From contig NW_027191408.1 of NCBI RefSeq assembly GCF_041146345.1, positions 806,001-870,000 on the forward strand: a stretch of 64,000 nt of DNA, read 5' to 3'. The position numbers and the translations under genes are program-made. Within the stretch, counting starts at the first letter, position 1, and each line of letters starts with the position of its first letter. The DNA comes from Neodothiora populina (Eukaryota). The notes below the pieces were generated by a model. It had not been told where the DNA came from and searched no databases. It saw only the letters and a program-made list of their open reading frames with translations. Positions 49,700 through 63,372 of the stretch are shown in pieces.

Positions 49700-50455
49700 C
49701 TATCAGCTAAAGTGAGCGATAAGGAACTGTATTTAGAAACCTAGCAACCTCGGCTCGTATTGCTTGGAACATTCTTATTGGACCGCGATGTCGTTCCCGA
49801 CGGCATGGCTTGCCTTGGCCAAGGACTACTGTACCATACGACGTTGCAGTGAAATTGCCGCTTACACCGTTCGGTGGGGCGAGAGCATCTTTAGCGAGTC
49901 ACAGACTGGTCGTCTTTTCTGCTAACTGACCACACAACCATCTTATCGTCGATAAAGGGTCAAGAGAGTCAAACGGCGCTAATGTAATGACCGGTTCATG
50001 GACGTTCCTACAACATAAGTAGGGCCGACCACAACAACGACCGGTGTATCCATCGCTCCTTGGGTGGCTTGAAGGCATACCATGCCACACTTCACAGCGC
50101 GGACTTCGCCGAAATGAGGCAAGCAATTACATCTCGTCGGTGCATATTCCATGCATTTGTGAAACTTCTGACCGGGTAGATGACTTATTGGGATGCTATG
50201 CAGGCATGATTTCACCTTGAAGTAGGTATAATATTGAGAGTCGTTACAGTTAGCGGGAACTCCATTCCAGTCTACAGGGTTGATCATCGCCTCGAACCGC
50301 TCATCCTCCACACCTCCGCCTCCACACATGTGCCAAGGAAGAGCCATATCTCGTACTAAAGACATTATCTCGTACTAGTCTGATAGTACTTGCCTGATTC
50401 TAGAAGGTCGATCTGATCCTCCTAGAGCATATATATCTCTCGTGTCTCCCTATCT
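49700..50455. promoter_or_regulatory. HGATAR (AreA/Nit2-type) cluster upstream of the amino-acid permease
   Basis: GATA sites at about 49700, 49717, 49943, 49950, 50365, 50381 and 50450. Confidence 0.5.
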
Positions 50456-50521
50456 CGTCAGTATTACTGCCCCTAATCGGCAACCCCTCTTCACATTTCT
50501 CTTTGGCACACTTTCTCGAAG

Positions 50522-52676
50522 ATGGAGGAGTCGAAACTAGGTGGAGTGAAGGAGCATACCACCATTACTGGCGACAGTCCGCGCACCGAGTATGAAATCG
50601 AGCACGGCCAACAGAATGCGCTCAAGCGTGAGCTGAAGGGCAGACACATGCAGATGATTGCAATCGGTGGCTCTATTGGCGCAGGTCTTTTCGGTCAGTG
50701 AGATCACTTCTCCATTGATGGGCACGCAATACTGACCGAAGCTGTAGTTGGTTCTGGAGGTGCCTTGTCCAATGGTGGTCCCGGCAGCCTGGTAAGGGAC
50801 TATCGACATCCATCACTTCAGCGTTTATAACGTGTGTTCTAACAGTGTTACAGGTCATCTGCTTCATAATTATCGGTGTTATGCTTCTCTTCACTGTGCA
50901 AGCTTTGGGAGAACTCGCTGTCCTCTATCCTGTCAACGGTGCATTCTTCACCTATTCCTGCCGGTTCATCTCTGAGTCATGGGGTTTCGCTATGGGCTGG
51001 GACTATGCGATCCAGTGGTTGACCGTTCTGCCTTTTGAGATCACTGCAGCTGGGCACGTCTTCACTTTCCCGCCGCAATATCGAGTGACTGCTAACTATC
51101 AACAATAGTGTCACCATAAGTTTCTGGCCAGAAGGCGCAAAGGTCAACATTGGTGTCTGGATTGCCGTATTCCTGGTGGCTCTATCGGCCATTCAGATCT
51201 TCGGAGTTCGAGGTTATGGCGAAGGTTGGAATCAGAAGGCATCCATCACTAGACTGTACTGACTTTCTCGTCTAGTCGAGTTTGTCCTCTCTGTCATCAA
51301 GATCATTGCCTGTGTTGGGTTCATCATATTAGGTATTTTTGTTGACGCTTGGTAGGGATCCACCCATAACTGACTTGGATGCAGCTGCTATCATTGACTG
51401 TGGTGGCGTCCCAACCGATGATCGTGGCTACATTGGCGCAAGATACTGGCATAATCCTGGAGCATTTCGCAATGGTACGGAAGAACGGCTTCAAGCAATG
51501 AGTGTTTGTAGTGTGCATGATGGCTTATTCCGTACTGTCCTACAGGTTTCAAGGGCTTCTGCTCCGTTTTCGTTACTGCCTCGTTCTCATTTGGCGGTAC
51601 AGAGCTGGTCGGTCTCTGCGCTGCTGAGGCGGCCAACCCCAAGAAGGCCTTACCTCAGGCGACCAAGCAAGTCTTCTGGCGAATCACCTTTTTCTATGTC
51701 GTATGTCTGTTCATGGTCGGCCTGGTCGTTCCATCGGATAACGAGAACCTCCTGAACGCCTCCGGCGCAAACACCAAGTATTCGCCTTTCGTCATCGCGA
51801 TCAACCTTGCCGGAATCAAGGCTCTTCCCAGCATCTTCAACGTGGTCATCACGCTATCAGTGCTGTCAGTCGCGAACAGTTGTGCCTTTGCCAGTACTCG
51901 TACAATGCAAGCTTTAGCACTGCGCGGCATGGCTCCTAAATTCCTGATGTATATCGACAAGTCAGGACGCCCACTTCCTTGCATCATCATCCAACTGCTC
52001 TTCGGACTTTTGGCGTTCGTCAATGAAGCCACAGCAGGAACCACCTTTTTCAGCTGGCTTCTTGCACTCTCTGGTCTCGCCAACTTTTTCGTCTGGTAAG
52101 TGCTCACCTTGAAAAATACGAACATCCTTGATCGTTGCAGAATGGCTAATCTGATTTCGTTCACCACAGGGGAAGTATCTGCCTCAGTCATATCAGATTC
52201 CGTCGCGCTTGGAGACTCCAGGGTCACTCGCTCGATGAGCTTCCATATAAGGCCGCATTCGGCGTATGGGGCAGCTACGTCGGTCTCACTCTCAACATTC
52301 TCTGTCTGATCGCGTCATTCTACGTCGCCCTCTTCGTAAGTCTTTCCCGTCGCTCCAAACTCTTCTCATCCCCTCTCCTTTTCTTGCGGCCGAATGCAGA
52401 AATCAATTCACTAACCACACCACATAGCCACTGGGCGGTTCCCCCAACGCCGAGTCCTTCTTCGAGTCCTACCTCGCAGCTCCCATTATCCTCGTGCTAT
52501 ACATCGGCTGGAAGCTATGGACTCGCGACTGGATATTGTTCATCAGAGCCAAGGACATGGACGTGCTCACGGGACTGAGAGAGAACATCGAGGAGCTGGA
52601 AGATGGAGAGGTCATTGAGCAGGAGAAGTTGTCTTGGAAGAACGCTCCTAGGAAGGTGCTCAGGTCTTTCATCTAG
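50522..52676 (+). CDS. Amino-acid permease (YAT / Gap1-like, APC superfamily), 9 exons
   Basis: [66 protein letters not shown] and SPFVIA. Eight introns, one of them GC-AG (51054-51108). Confidence 0.93.
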
Positions 52677-53239
52677 GCTCGTTGAGACAGGAAAGGGCGG
52701 AGGGGGGCTGTGAGGCTGTTGGGGTGGTTTGCCTTTTTTCCCATGCAAGAGCGCGGTGAGGGGAGGCTTTCAGTAATAGGCGTAATGGTGGCAGTGAGGG
52801 ATTGATGTGCTCGCGAAAGCTGCTTTGAACTTGATGTTTCTTCTGCTCGTCCGTTGTTCTACCTCTTGTCATTTTTTCTGAACATTCCCCACCTTTTTGC
52901 GCGTCAGAGGTTCATGCAATGATCTGAACAGCTGCTCCACATGGCTCGCCATACGCACTCGTAAAACTCTCTCTTCGTAGTCCCTTTTTTGCCAAACAGC
53001 ACACATGGGCATCAAGAACACCAGCCGCACATAGTCTCGTGTAAGGTGGCAAACAAGAAGATCGCCATCATCTCAGAAGAAAATAAGCATACAGTGAACA
53101 ATCTAAGTTCGAGAAGCCCCCCCGATGCTCATGCGAGAACAAATAAAAGGCCAGAGAGCCACTATTCTCCCATACAGACCGCCCATTTTTTAATGTCTTT
53201 CCTTCGCCCTTCCTCTTCTAATGCCCTGCCTACTCTATA

Positions 53240-54371
53240 TCAGAAGAAGAAAAACGCAGGCTTATCCCCGTCCGCGCCTCCATTTCCAGGCCCAGCATCC
53301 GCGCCGCCACCGGTAGGAGCAGCGGCGTCAGGAGCCTTGTTCTTAGCGGCGGGGCTACCATGCGCGAAGAAGAGGATCTTGATGGCCAGGGCGAAACCCA
53401 CGTGTAATGCGATGACGACGACGAGCAGGATCTTGGAGGTTTTCATGTCTGTTGCGTTGAGGACTGGGTATCTATGTGTCTTTCGTTTAGTGATGATTCT
53501 AGGGTGTTGTTGTTGGGGAAGATAGAGAAGGGAATAAGAGAAGAAAAGGATCGTACAAATTTCTGATGAGGAAGAAGAGCGAATACGCTAATCCGCAGGC
53601 GCAAAAGACCCAGTTCATGATAGAGTAGGGCGACCACGACACGCAGGCGACGATGATCCAGACGAGATTCGCGTATCCGTACAGCGTGACGCACTCGAGC
53701 AGGTTCGCGCTCTCGGCCTTGAACCACCGCAGCGCGCCCCACAGACCGCTCGGGATGACAAACGTGTATCCGTAGATCAAGCCTGCTGCGCCGGACAGCA
53801 GCGTGAAGTCATATGCGAAGTGGTTCTTGCCCTCTCGTGCGAGATACTGAGAGATTGTGCCCGTGAGGAACAAAATGACGACGACGGTCGTGGCGATCCA
53901 GAAGGGCCCGTAGAGGTCCGGGTTGCCGTCTAGCACGTCCAGGAAATTGGAGTATGGGAATGCGACCGCGCGGCACCGGCGCAGGACTTCGTTTGTGTCG
54001 ACGTCGAAGAATTGGGCGTAGAATGATAGGCTCCAGAGGAAGTGTTTCGAGCCGGACTGGGAGCCGCTGCCGCTGGTGGGCAGGAAGGAGTTGTTGCCTG
54101 CCGGGAGCTTGCCGCGGGTTGACGGGTTGGTTTCAAAATCTGCATTGTTAGACTATGATCACTTTTTTCTGCAGTGGTTTTATCTGCTTGCGAATGGCGC
54201 TGTCACACACTTGAGGAGTGAAATTCCAAGTCTTCTTGTAGATCGGTATGACCAAGGTCACCCTATAATTGAGTTGGTCAACATGCTGGGCCGGGGGCAT
54301 TGAGTGGTCGCGAGAAAGGAACTTACCTCTGCATCGACGTCTACCACCACATCGTATCCTCGATTCGCCAT
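53240..54371 (-). CDS. Yip1-domain Golgi membrane protein (YIPF1/2, Yip5-like)
   Basis: Spliced N-terminus MANRGYDVVVDVDAE|GDLGHTDLQEDLEFH, then FYAQFFDVDT, NPDLYGPFWIATT and LYGYANLVW, with several TM segments. Three introns. Confidence 0.88.
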
Positions 54372-55366
54372 ATTGGTGTTGTTGTGCAAAATATGTATCG
54401 ATTAACGACAGCAGAAACAGATACTCTCTTGGTGTTGCTGGATGCTCTACGGATACAGTAAAGTGAAGCCCCGGCGGGAGCTGAAGCTCATGGCACGCGT
54501 TGATTGCTTGCGCGTTTGGCTTCTGTCGCCCGCCTGATTGATTGTTTCACAATATCATGAAACACAACTATCTGGTCGATCAATGCCCTTGCACCGCAAG
54601 TATACTGTAGTTATATTTAAGTCTTGTAACATGTCCATCAGGTGCACAGAGTGATGGTCAAAATCTACTAGCTATAGACCGAGGTTGCAGTGCAGCCAAT
54701 TTAGCCACATACATCCTCCACACTAATGGTACGCTTCCAATTCTATCAGACAGTTCAGAGCATATCGCTTATATGCCTTAGTTTGGAAATCTTGGTAAAC
54801 GTGTGTATGTTGCACTCTGAGCTAAGCTGCTTCGAAGGGAACCTGTATACCTATCTCATAAGAGTGTCAGGCAGAATAGAGCTGTGTTTCTCAACCCCAG
54901 ATCAGCAGCATTGCTTTGCAGAAGTTCCAGATAGATCCTAGATAGCGGTACACGCATCACTCTCATCTCTTCTCGGAAGGCGACCATCGGATAGTCGAGC
55001 CGCAGGGATCGAGCCACCAACTAACAAGTAGAGCCGTCCACAACTGTAGTAGTGGAACTTAATGCTTCCCTCCCTTCGCAAGTCTTCTTTCCAGTATAAG
55101 TGCTGTGTGCTACGAAGCGTACAGCACTCCAGTGCGCGCTCCAACATACAGTACAGTGGCCACAGCAAAGGGCACACGATGTACAAGCAAAAAATTCCGA
55201 CGCTCATCGAAGACGCCGAACTTAATGTTAGTGCATTTAACGAGCACCGCAGCTAATAGCTTTCTGCTTCTCAAGTTCCCTGTCGTCTGTCATAGTGATT
55301 CCATCTGCAGACATCAATTCTGCGATGCCGCGGAAGCTAATGAAAATTGCCGTCTCAGCTGCCTGA

Positions 55367-56083
55367 TCATGGGCCAGGAGTCTTGATAATGCATCTAGTG
55401 CCCAGTCTGGAAGCGAAAGAGTCGGTGCTGCTCGTAGATGTGCTTTTCGTGTCGAAACTCACACGTGACAAGCCCATCGGAATGACATCTCTTACGCTGC
55501 CAACAGGTTGCACGCTGAAATACCCTTCAGGACTTGCGGTCCCTGGTGTTCTGGAGCGATACAGAGATGGACTCCGGCCCTGCTCGGGACTACTGCGTTG
55601 GCTACCGCCAGTAAGACTACGCTTATGCCGACGAACAGGCGAAGAAACCACAGGAAGCTCGAGCCGAGAATTCAGATTCATCCAAAGAGCCTCATCTTCG
55701 TCATTGCCAGAAACTCGCCATCCGCCCACGCCTTCGTAGTCTCGATTCCCACTGGGACCAGTCAATGATGCGAAACTCGACGTCTTTGCAAAGTTGGACC
55801 GTGGAGGCGTAGAGGTCCCAACAAAACTTTGTCTTCGTCGTGCTCTCGTTATTTCATAGACTGGTGATGTGGACGTCGCATTTGAAGAAGATCCTGTCGT
55901 TGACGGCGTAGGAGTGATAGCACTGTGTATCAGAGCGATCCCAAGGTCAACGTAGACAATAAAAAGACGAATCAAGAGGATCACTGAAGCAAGCCATGTG
56001 GTGAACGCTGCAAAAGTCGCGATAGGAACCGAAATGAACAGCACCAATGGAAGACCGAAAAACTTGTACAGTCTAGACAGCAT
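55367..56083 (-). CDS. Hypothetical membrane-anchored protein (238 aa)
   Basis: ATG-initiated ORF with a long N-terminal hydrophobic hairpin, then a Ser/Arg-rich disordered region containing the motif-like RDYEGVGGWR...DEALWMNLNSRLELP. Confidence 0.75.
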   Translation of the reverse strand: MLSRLYKFFGLPLVLFISVPIATFAAFTTWLASVILLIRLFIVYVDLGIALIHSAITPTPSTTGSSSNATSTSPVYEITRARRRQSFVGTSTPPRSNFAKTSSFASLTGPSGNRDYEGVGGWRVSGNDEDEALWMNLNSRLELPVVSSPVRRHKRSLTGGSQRSSPEQGRSPSLYRSRTPGTASPEGYFSVQPVGSVRDVIPMGLSRVSFDTKSTSTSSTDSFASRLGTRCIIKTPGP

Positions 56084-59000
56084 CGTACCGAGTTCCTCTC
56101 AACAGACCAGCTGATGTGTAAGAAGGGGTTGCTGTCGCCCGCAACAGCCTTCCTGTGACATGTTATATAGATGTCAGTGTTGTTTTGGGGTAGGCGCAGT
56201 CGAAAAGTGGAGGACCAAGTGAGATCGAGCGGGGAAGGTGCTGAGCCAAGCTTCCATGTGTGGAGTGAGGTAACCTTTCAATCTCACCTTTCTCACTCCT
56301 CCTACCGTCGAATCGCTATAATATACGACCATTGGTCAACGTCCAGGCACACGTTGAATGGTGCTAGTATCACTGTACACGCTGTACACGCTGGACGAGG
56401 TAGCTAGGCCAGCGTTGCGCTCTTCTCGGTGACTTTCGTGCCTATTGGTCCTTATCGCGTTCCGAATCTGTATAATTCAAGGTTGAGACATGATTGTCTT
56501 ACTATCGTCCATTGTTCAAAGCCCACACGCATGTTGCATTCAAGACATGAACACATGCGAGTGCCCCCTCCCCTTTCCCCCCTAAGATCAGCCCATATAA
56601 ACCCCCTCAAACCGCCCTATAGTCAAGGCGCCACTACCCACCGGCTTAGTTGGTGGAGTGGCATCCGAAGCCTTACCTGGTTCGAGCCACCGCCGCGTGA
56701 TAGCTCTCCGACAAACCAGTGTTAGACTTTCGCAATTCCTCATGCCACCATTTCTCTGCAGTGTGAAGAGGGCGTACCGGACCCCACCCGGGTTGCGTGG
56801 ACTCCTACACGAGGAAATGGTGCTGTACGCGCTGGTTTCTTCCCCTCCCCCGAAAGGGGGGAAGTTTTGCTTTGAGACCGACTGTGATTCATGATATAAG
56901 GGACAGCTTGATATAGCAATATTTTGTACACTCAATGTATTATATCTAGCGTGTTCGTTCTCTGTAAGAGCTGATATCTTCTGTCATCTCTCAATGATGC
57001 ACGTTGTCTCAAGATAAGCCTTTCTATGCTAATGACATGATCTTGATCAGCTGTGGCTTTGCATCAATTCGAGGTGTTCAGACTTCGAGTTTCAATGCCA
57101 TTGAACCAGACCATGGTTCCTCGCTTGACCGTGAATGTCATGCGCATTTGCAGCTGGTGCTGAGTAGGATACATGCTGTAAACTCCCGGCAGCTATTCTT
57201 CTACTCATAGGTCCGGCACACAGTGAAGTGGACCAATACCTGCTGATCATGGTCTCTATCTCTGTGTAGAAGAGCTTGCTAGAAAGCTGCATTGTGTATC
57301 GCTGCTAGCGCGCATCTTCAGTATGAATTATTGCGGCTTCGAGACCTTGCCATGCTAGTCGAAGCCAGGATCAGTTGCGCTTGTTGCTGGCTTATGTGTT
57401 CTCGTGACGACACGTCGGAAATCCAAGAAGAAGCCCAAGACATCGTCAAGGATTGATCGTACACAAGGATGTCGAACACAGACAAGCTATGAGATGGCCG
57501 AAATGGCGCAGAAAGTGTCACCATCACCATGCAAGCAACTTTCCCGACCCCGCGGCTGCATATCATTGTCTTTACAGCATATAAGGTTGTAGCATGTGGG
57601 TATGCGTCCACATGGTTCTATGTAGCGTTCCGATGTGCAGCGAAGCATATGCAAAATTAACAGGGATGCATCACCGAGTACTGGTTATGTTTTGAGGTGT
57701 AGCTCCGGCGTTGGTTGCCCCAACTTCTGTTTATCAGCTTATTGGGATAAACGTTTGACGACCTGCTCGGTTCGGAGACAGCTTCGATGAATGCTTAGAA
57801 TGCTTCTACGACACTTGATCTGAGACAGGTGTACGAAGATGGCTTGAGAAGCTGGAGAGACGAACCGGTATTTTACCTTTATAATGTCTCAATATTGCAC
57901 GAAGCAGACAAGGAACCACAGCATGTCAGATCTGGGGCTGAACGCACTCGGGGAAGGTTTTACCGAGCTGAACAAAACTGCATCCATTCAATAAAATAAA
58001 AGGCGGGTGTGAATATATTGAGGGCCTGGAGGATGTGCGCAGCACGTCAGCACGACAGCGCGCGGTAGGATGGTAGCTCACATGCATGCTCGGATGTGAA
58101 ATTTGACCACGCGGCCTCCTTTCGTAGAATTAGCATGGCTCAGTGGATTGGACGTTGGCTTTGGCGGTTCAACTCCACGAGTGAAGATGGACGCGCAATT
58201 GACTGATCTCCGATACTCCAGCTTAGCGAAAGCGAGCGGCAACTTTGCGGCGGAACAGGAGAAAGATGGAGTCTCCAGTGTTGCGCGTCCCCCGCCAAGG
58301 CCAGGCTAGAACTGCTTCTGGCGATATCCGGTGCGACAAGAAGGTCCCGAGGATGGAGTGCTCCCAGCCTCCTCGACGACCACATCCATCCAGGATAACA
58401 GAGCATGTGATGAGGAGTGCGGGGAATTGATCGAGGGCTGGACGGTTTCACTTGGCACCATCAGTCTCTTGCCGCGCGCCACAACAGAAAGGGCGGTTTG
58501 CTTGGTCAAATGTGGTATGGGAAGAATGGAACAACGGGCAGGGCTTGGAATGGAGACAACTTACGGCGACACAATGAGGAATAGCATCACCGTGCGCCCG
58601 CAGGTCATCATTGTACAGTAAGCCTTCTGAAGCATCGCTGCGCACTCGAAGGCTTAACCTTAGTTTCGAACCAAAGACCCACTTCAACAAGCTCCGCCGA
58701 GTCGTTCTTTATCCACTGTGCACTCGTTTTGGTGATTGCCATATTGTAATGATCGTAACTGCCGGAGACCCGACTCCAGACCTGCCTGAGTTTTGATCCC
58801 AGCGTCACCCTCCTGTATTGTAGCAGTAGTACCGTGCTCTACCGCAACCGCCGGCAAAGACACAATCTACTATACACAATACACAGTTCACGACGTGCTC
58901 ACCCTCGCTTGCAAGCACGACAACCAAAGTCCTGGTCAGCTTGTTGTCGCTAGCTCTTGTATACAACCAAGGGTCCTCTGTCACGGCGGCCGTGGGTCTC

Positions 59001-59121
59001 TGCATATCGCACTGAGCGCATAGAGACGTCAGCCCGCCTTGCCGCCCTGTCGTTCTGTCGTCCCTAAGCCTCAGTCCGACAAACACCACCACCACCTTCG
59101 CTTCTGGAGCGCTCTCAGTAA

Positions 59122-62100
59122 ATGCGAAGAAGGGCTTCGGGATCCGGCGCCGAGGATGATGACGGAATAGTCTCAACGACATACAGCAGCACCGACGGCA
59201 GTGCGGGAAAGAGCAAAGATGTTCTGATGGACACCGAGGACAGCAAGTCGAGTAGGGAGAGCAGTTCAGACGAGTCTAGGCCGGAAGACGACGACGACGA
59301 CGACCGAGAAATCACTGTGGCGAAAAAGACGACGACTACCTGGGACTCTCTGGAAAAGAAGGCAAAAACGGAAGGCACGACGAAGGCAACGTCAAAACAG
59401 GAAATGAACGACTTCAACCGCAAGCGCCGAGCGCGTTTACGGAGCCCTTGGGCGTGTTCACTGAGCACTCTATCGTGTTCCGCAGTCGCTCTTCTCCTCT
59501 TATTTGTCATAGTCCAGTCTTTCCTTTCGCGCCAATTGGATCCGAAAGGATGCGCCATGTCGTATATGCGCGCTGCCTTTGCCAAGTTCACCGACTTCGA
59601 CACCGAACACACTCGTTTCGCAAGCAAATACTCGCTCTACCTGTACAGGGAAGGAGGCATTGATGAGGATACGAGGGTCAAGGGAATCCCCGTTCTGTTT
59701 ATTCCTGGAAACGCCGGCAGTTATAAACAGGTCCGACCAATCGCTGCAGAAGCGGCCTATTACTTTCACGATTTTCTGCAGCATGACGAAAATGCTTTGC
59801 GATCTGGAAAGCGCGCTCTTGATTTCTTCTCTGTTGACTTCAATGAAGACATCACTGCTTTCCACGGCCAGACCCTACTGGACCAGGCCGAATACCTTAA
59901 CGAGGCAATTGCCTATATCCTGGCTTTGTACCATAATCCTCACAGATCCATTCGAGATGCCTCGCTGCCCGATCCCACTTCGGTTATAATTATTGGCCAT
60001 TCCATGGGTGGCATTGTTGCTCGCACAATGTTGACCATGCCCAACTATCAGGCCAACACCATCAACACCATCTTGACACTCTCCGCGCCGCATGCTCGTG
60101 CCCCTGTTTCCTTCGATGCAGAGATCGTCGACACCTATGCGACCATCAACCATTTCTGGAGAGCTTCCTACTCCAAGCCTGATGATGAGAACCCTCTCTC
60201 ACACTTGACTCTGGTTTCCATCGCAGGAGGCGGTCTGGACACTGTCGTGCCCTCCGATTACGCGAGTCTGACCTCCCTGGTCCCGGGGTCTCATGGTTTT
60301 ACTGTTTTCACCTCGACCATTCCTCACGTCTGGACAGGAATGGACCATCTTGCTATCATGTGGTGCGACCAGTTCCGAAAAGCTGTTGTTCGCGCCTTGT
60401 ACGATGTCGTAGATGTTACAATACCCTCGCAGATTCTCCCACGTGCCGAGCGTATGCGTAGATTCCGCAAGCACTTCCTGACGGGCATGGAGCCTGCGGT
60501 AGTGAAAGAGATGGCGCATCAGGAACCGACCATGCTGCTGACCTTGGGGGACCAGTCCACTGCAATCTTACCGCAGGGAGAGCGCCTCAGTCTTGTCTCA
60601 CTGGGCAGCTCAGGGAAATCTGAGGCTCACGTCCTTCCGATCCCGATTCCAGGTTCTGCTGAGGCCAAGCAGTTCACTTTACTTACTGATCAAGCCCTCA
60701 ATGGACAAGGCCTTGTCGAGGTGTATTTCTGCAGCGTGTATCCCCACCAGGCAGGTCAGTCTGGTAACCTTTTCGCCCTGAACCTTGACTTCTCTGGAAA
60801 GGCCGCTGGTGCGACGCGCCTGGCTTGCAAGAGCGCTGCTACGGATGCGATCGCGTTACCTGCGTCTACCAAAGAGTCAAACCATGCTTTTGACAGCACC
60901 CAACCATTTTGGTATCTACAATATGACATCGAGGACATTGTCGACTACCAGTTCGTTGCTGTCATAGACAAAGCGAACGAGGCCACCGCTGGTTGGGTAG
61001 TTGCTGAATTTAGCAGCAATGCCGAATCCGTCGTACGCATTGACAAGTCCCTTCGGAGCCTGATCACGTCTGGCGCACACCTCGTCCTGGGTGCTTCGAG
61101 GCCCATGGTGAACAAGATCTATATCTCCAAGATGCATTCCAGTCTGCTTGCATATCAGCTTGACATCAAGCAAAAGTGTGCATCGAATTCTGAGTTGTTC
61201 CGTCCTCTTCTACGACAATATATCTCTGAGCCTTATGAGTCAAAGTTCTTTCCTGATGTCAAGCATGCCAACATAAACCTACACGGAGTTTCGCCTTATG
61301 TCACTCCGCCGGCCACTTCGAGCACGAAGGGTGGACTTTTCTTGCAGATTTGGTCCGATCCAACGTGCAAAAGTTCCATGGAAGTGTCATTGCATGTCGA
61401 CGTTCTCGGAAGTGCTGGCAAGCTGGTCATGCGTTACAGGACCGTCTTTGCTGCCTTTCCCCTGCTGGTGGTGGCCCTGGTCATCCGGAAGCAATTCAAG
61501 GTCTACGATGCGACTGGTATCTTCATGAGCTTTTCCGAGGGTATGGATCAGTGCATCCGCACATCCCTACCGGTCCTCTTCTTGGCTCTGACCTTTCTCT
61601 CCCTGTCGCTTGCTAAGGCCAGTCACAGTGCGATTGGCGAAGAGATATTGGGTCAGCAGCAGAACGCAACTGAATCCCTGAAAAGCTTTACCAAGAATGA
61701 ACTTCTTCTTGGTTCTCACGACTCTTTTTTCTGGTTTCTGATTCCTCTATTCGGATTAATCTGTGTTGGAGTTTGTATAGCTGCGAATTACGTTGTGCTT
61801 GCTTTGACGCATTTACTTGCAGTTCTGTACTCACGCATTAGATCTGTGACCTTGAGAAACGACGAGGGAAGGTGAGTTTCGTATTGCGCTGTGGTCAACG
61901 AAGACTCGAACTGACAGGCTACAGACGAACCTCCACAGCTTTCGCTGTTAGCTCTCCTATACAAAGAATTGTCACAACTAGCATTCTACTACTAATGGTC
62001 GCAACAATAATACCTTACCAATTTGCGTACATGGTTCTCTGCCTAGTACACCTTGCGACGTGTACACGTGCTCTGAGATTAGCGCGAGAGACAGTGAGTG

Positions 62101-62703
62101 CCTTGAAGGGGCATCGAATGATACGCTACCGTTACTGATCAGATCGCCTAGCGTTCTGGAACCAATTACAACTTCTACAACTACACTCATTCGCTGCTGG
62201 TGCTCATGCTCTGGGTGCTGCCCATCAACCTCCCTGTACTCGTCGTCTGGATACATAATCTTGCTGTCCATTGGCTCACACCCTTCTCATCGCACCACAA
62301 CATTCTCTCTATCATGCCATACATACTTGTCGTCGAGACCATGAGCGCGGGACACATGATCCCTCGAATTACAGGACGGTAAGTAACTTCCTTTTCCATA
62401 TCTCACCGAGACGTCCTCGGTCCTTTCACAAGTCTCAATGGCTAACGTTTTATCCATTGCGATAGATTACGACTAATTACAAACGTTCTCCTCTTTACTC
62501 TTGCCATTTATGCAGCAGTATACGGAGTCACATACGCCTACGTCCTACACCAATTGGTTAACGGATTCTGCGCTTGGCTTGCTGTGATCCACTTCACCAG
62601 CTCATCGTCTATCATATCTCCCAGCAGACTATTGGCAGCTGTCAGCGGAAGCGGCAGAACCGTGACATCCACGTGGCAAGGGCATGTCAAGAAACGACCG
62701 TGA
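59122..62703 (+). CDS. BST1: GPI inositol-deacylase (PGAP1/Bst1)
   Basis: GIPVLFIPGNAGSYKQVR, lipase GHSMGG, DHLAIMWCDQ and multiple C-terminal TMs. Introns at about 61872-61924, 62094-62151 and 62379-62465. Confidence 0.94.
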
Positions 62704-63372
62704 CATTTCCGTCCATTGGTATAGACTTTGCTTCTTCCCCGCCCTCTCCACAAACAAGGAAAGGGTCGTTGTGGACATTGGTGTTTCTGTTTGGCTTCTG
62801 CTATTCACGCATGCCCTCATGTGGATCATCATCTTGTATAGCTTGCCGTGTGCTGCGTTTGCCTAGCTATTGAATGTCCGTTTCTTTTTTTGCGTTTCCC
62901 GCATGCGCTTGCTGTGACCATTACGAGAAAATTAAAGCGAGCTTGCTCTTGTTCAGCGCTGCTTCTTTGGATTTTGCTTGTGTTTCTGCGTTCTCTCTCT
63001 GTTTGCACAATGTGAATCCTGGAAGGCCGCAGAGATGAGAAGAGACGGACACTGATTTGGACAGACAGATACATGGGAATGCGAACTGGCTGACCTTGGG
63101 TAATGAAGGTTCTCCGTCTCAGGGAAGGGCGGGACCATCTGTGGATGAAGGGATCGATGGAACGGACGGACTAATGGATAGCGTCCCCCAAGTGGTTGTA
63201 TATACATAATGACTAATTCTCTTCTTCTTCGTCTCTTGTCCCTGTCTTGCTTTCTGGTCTTGTGTCTTCACTGGAAGATCACATGCCGTGCGAAACACGC
63301 AAGACAAGTACGAAGCTTCGTATCGACTAATTAAAGTGATGCATAGTGACGACAACCGTAGTCTCGGACTGT

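Noticed and set aside
49979..50365. 128-aa Cys-rich minus-strand ORF upstream of the permease
   Set aside because: No signal peptide or regular Cys spacing, and it lies within the GATA-rich promoter; probably spurious.
56321..56345. ATACGACCAT resembling the 5' end of fungal 5S rRNA
   Set aside because: The similarity stops after about 10 nt.
56100..59100. Short ORFs (e.g. 36 aa at about 57884; 58331-58621) and a C5-GAAA-G6 hairpin near 56846
   Set aside because: No motifs, codon bias or splice structure that I can support; compatible with divergent promoter sequence.
6558..62703. Possible lipid-remodelling gene cluster (thiolase, PLA2, Cld1-like, Bst1)
   Set aside because: The genes are dispersed among unrelated housekeeping genes, with no shared regulator or backbone enzyme; likely chance.
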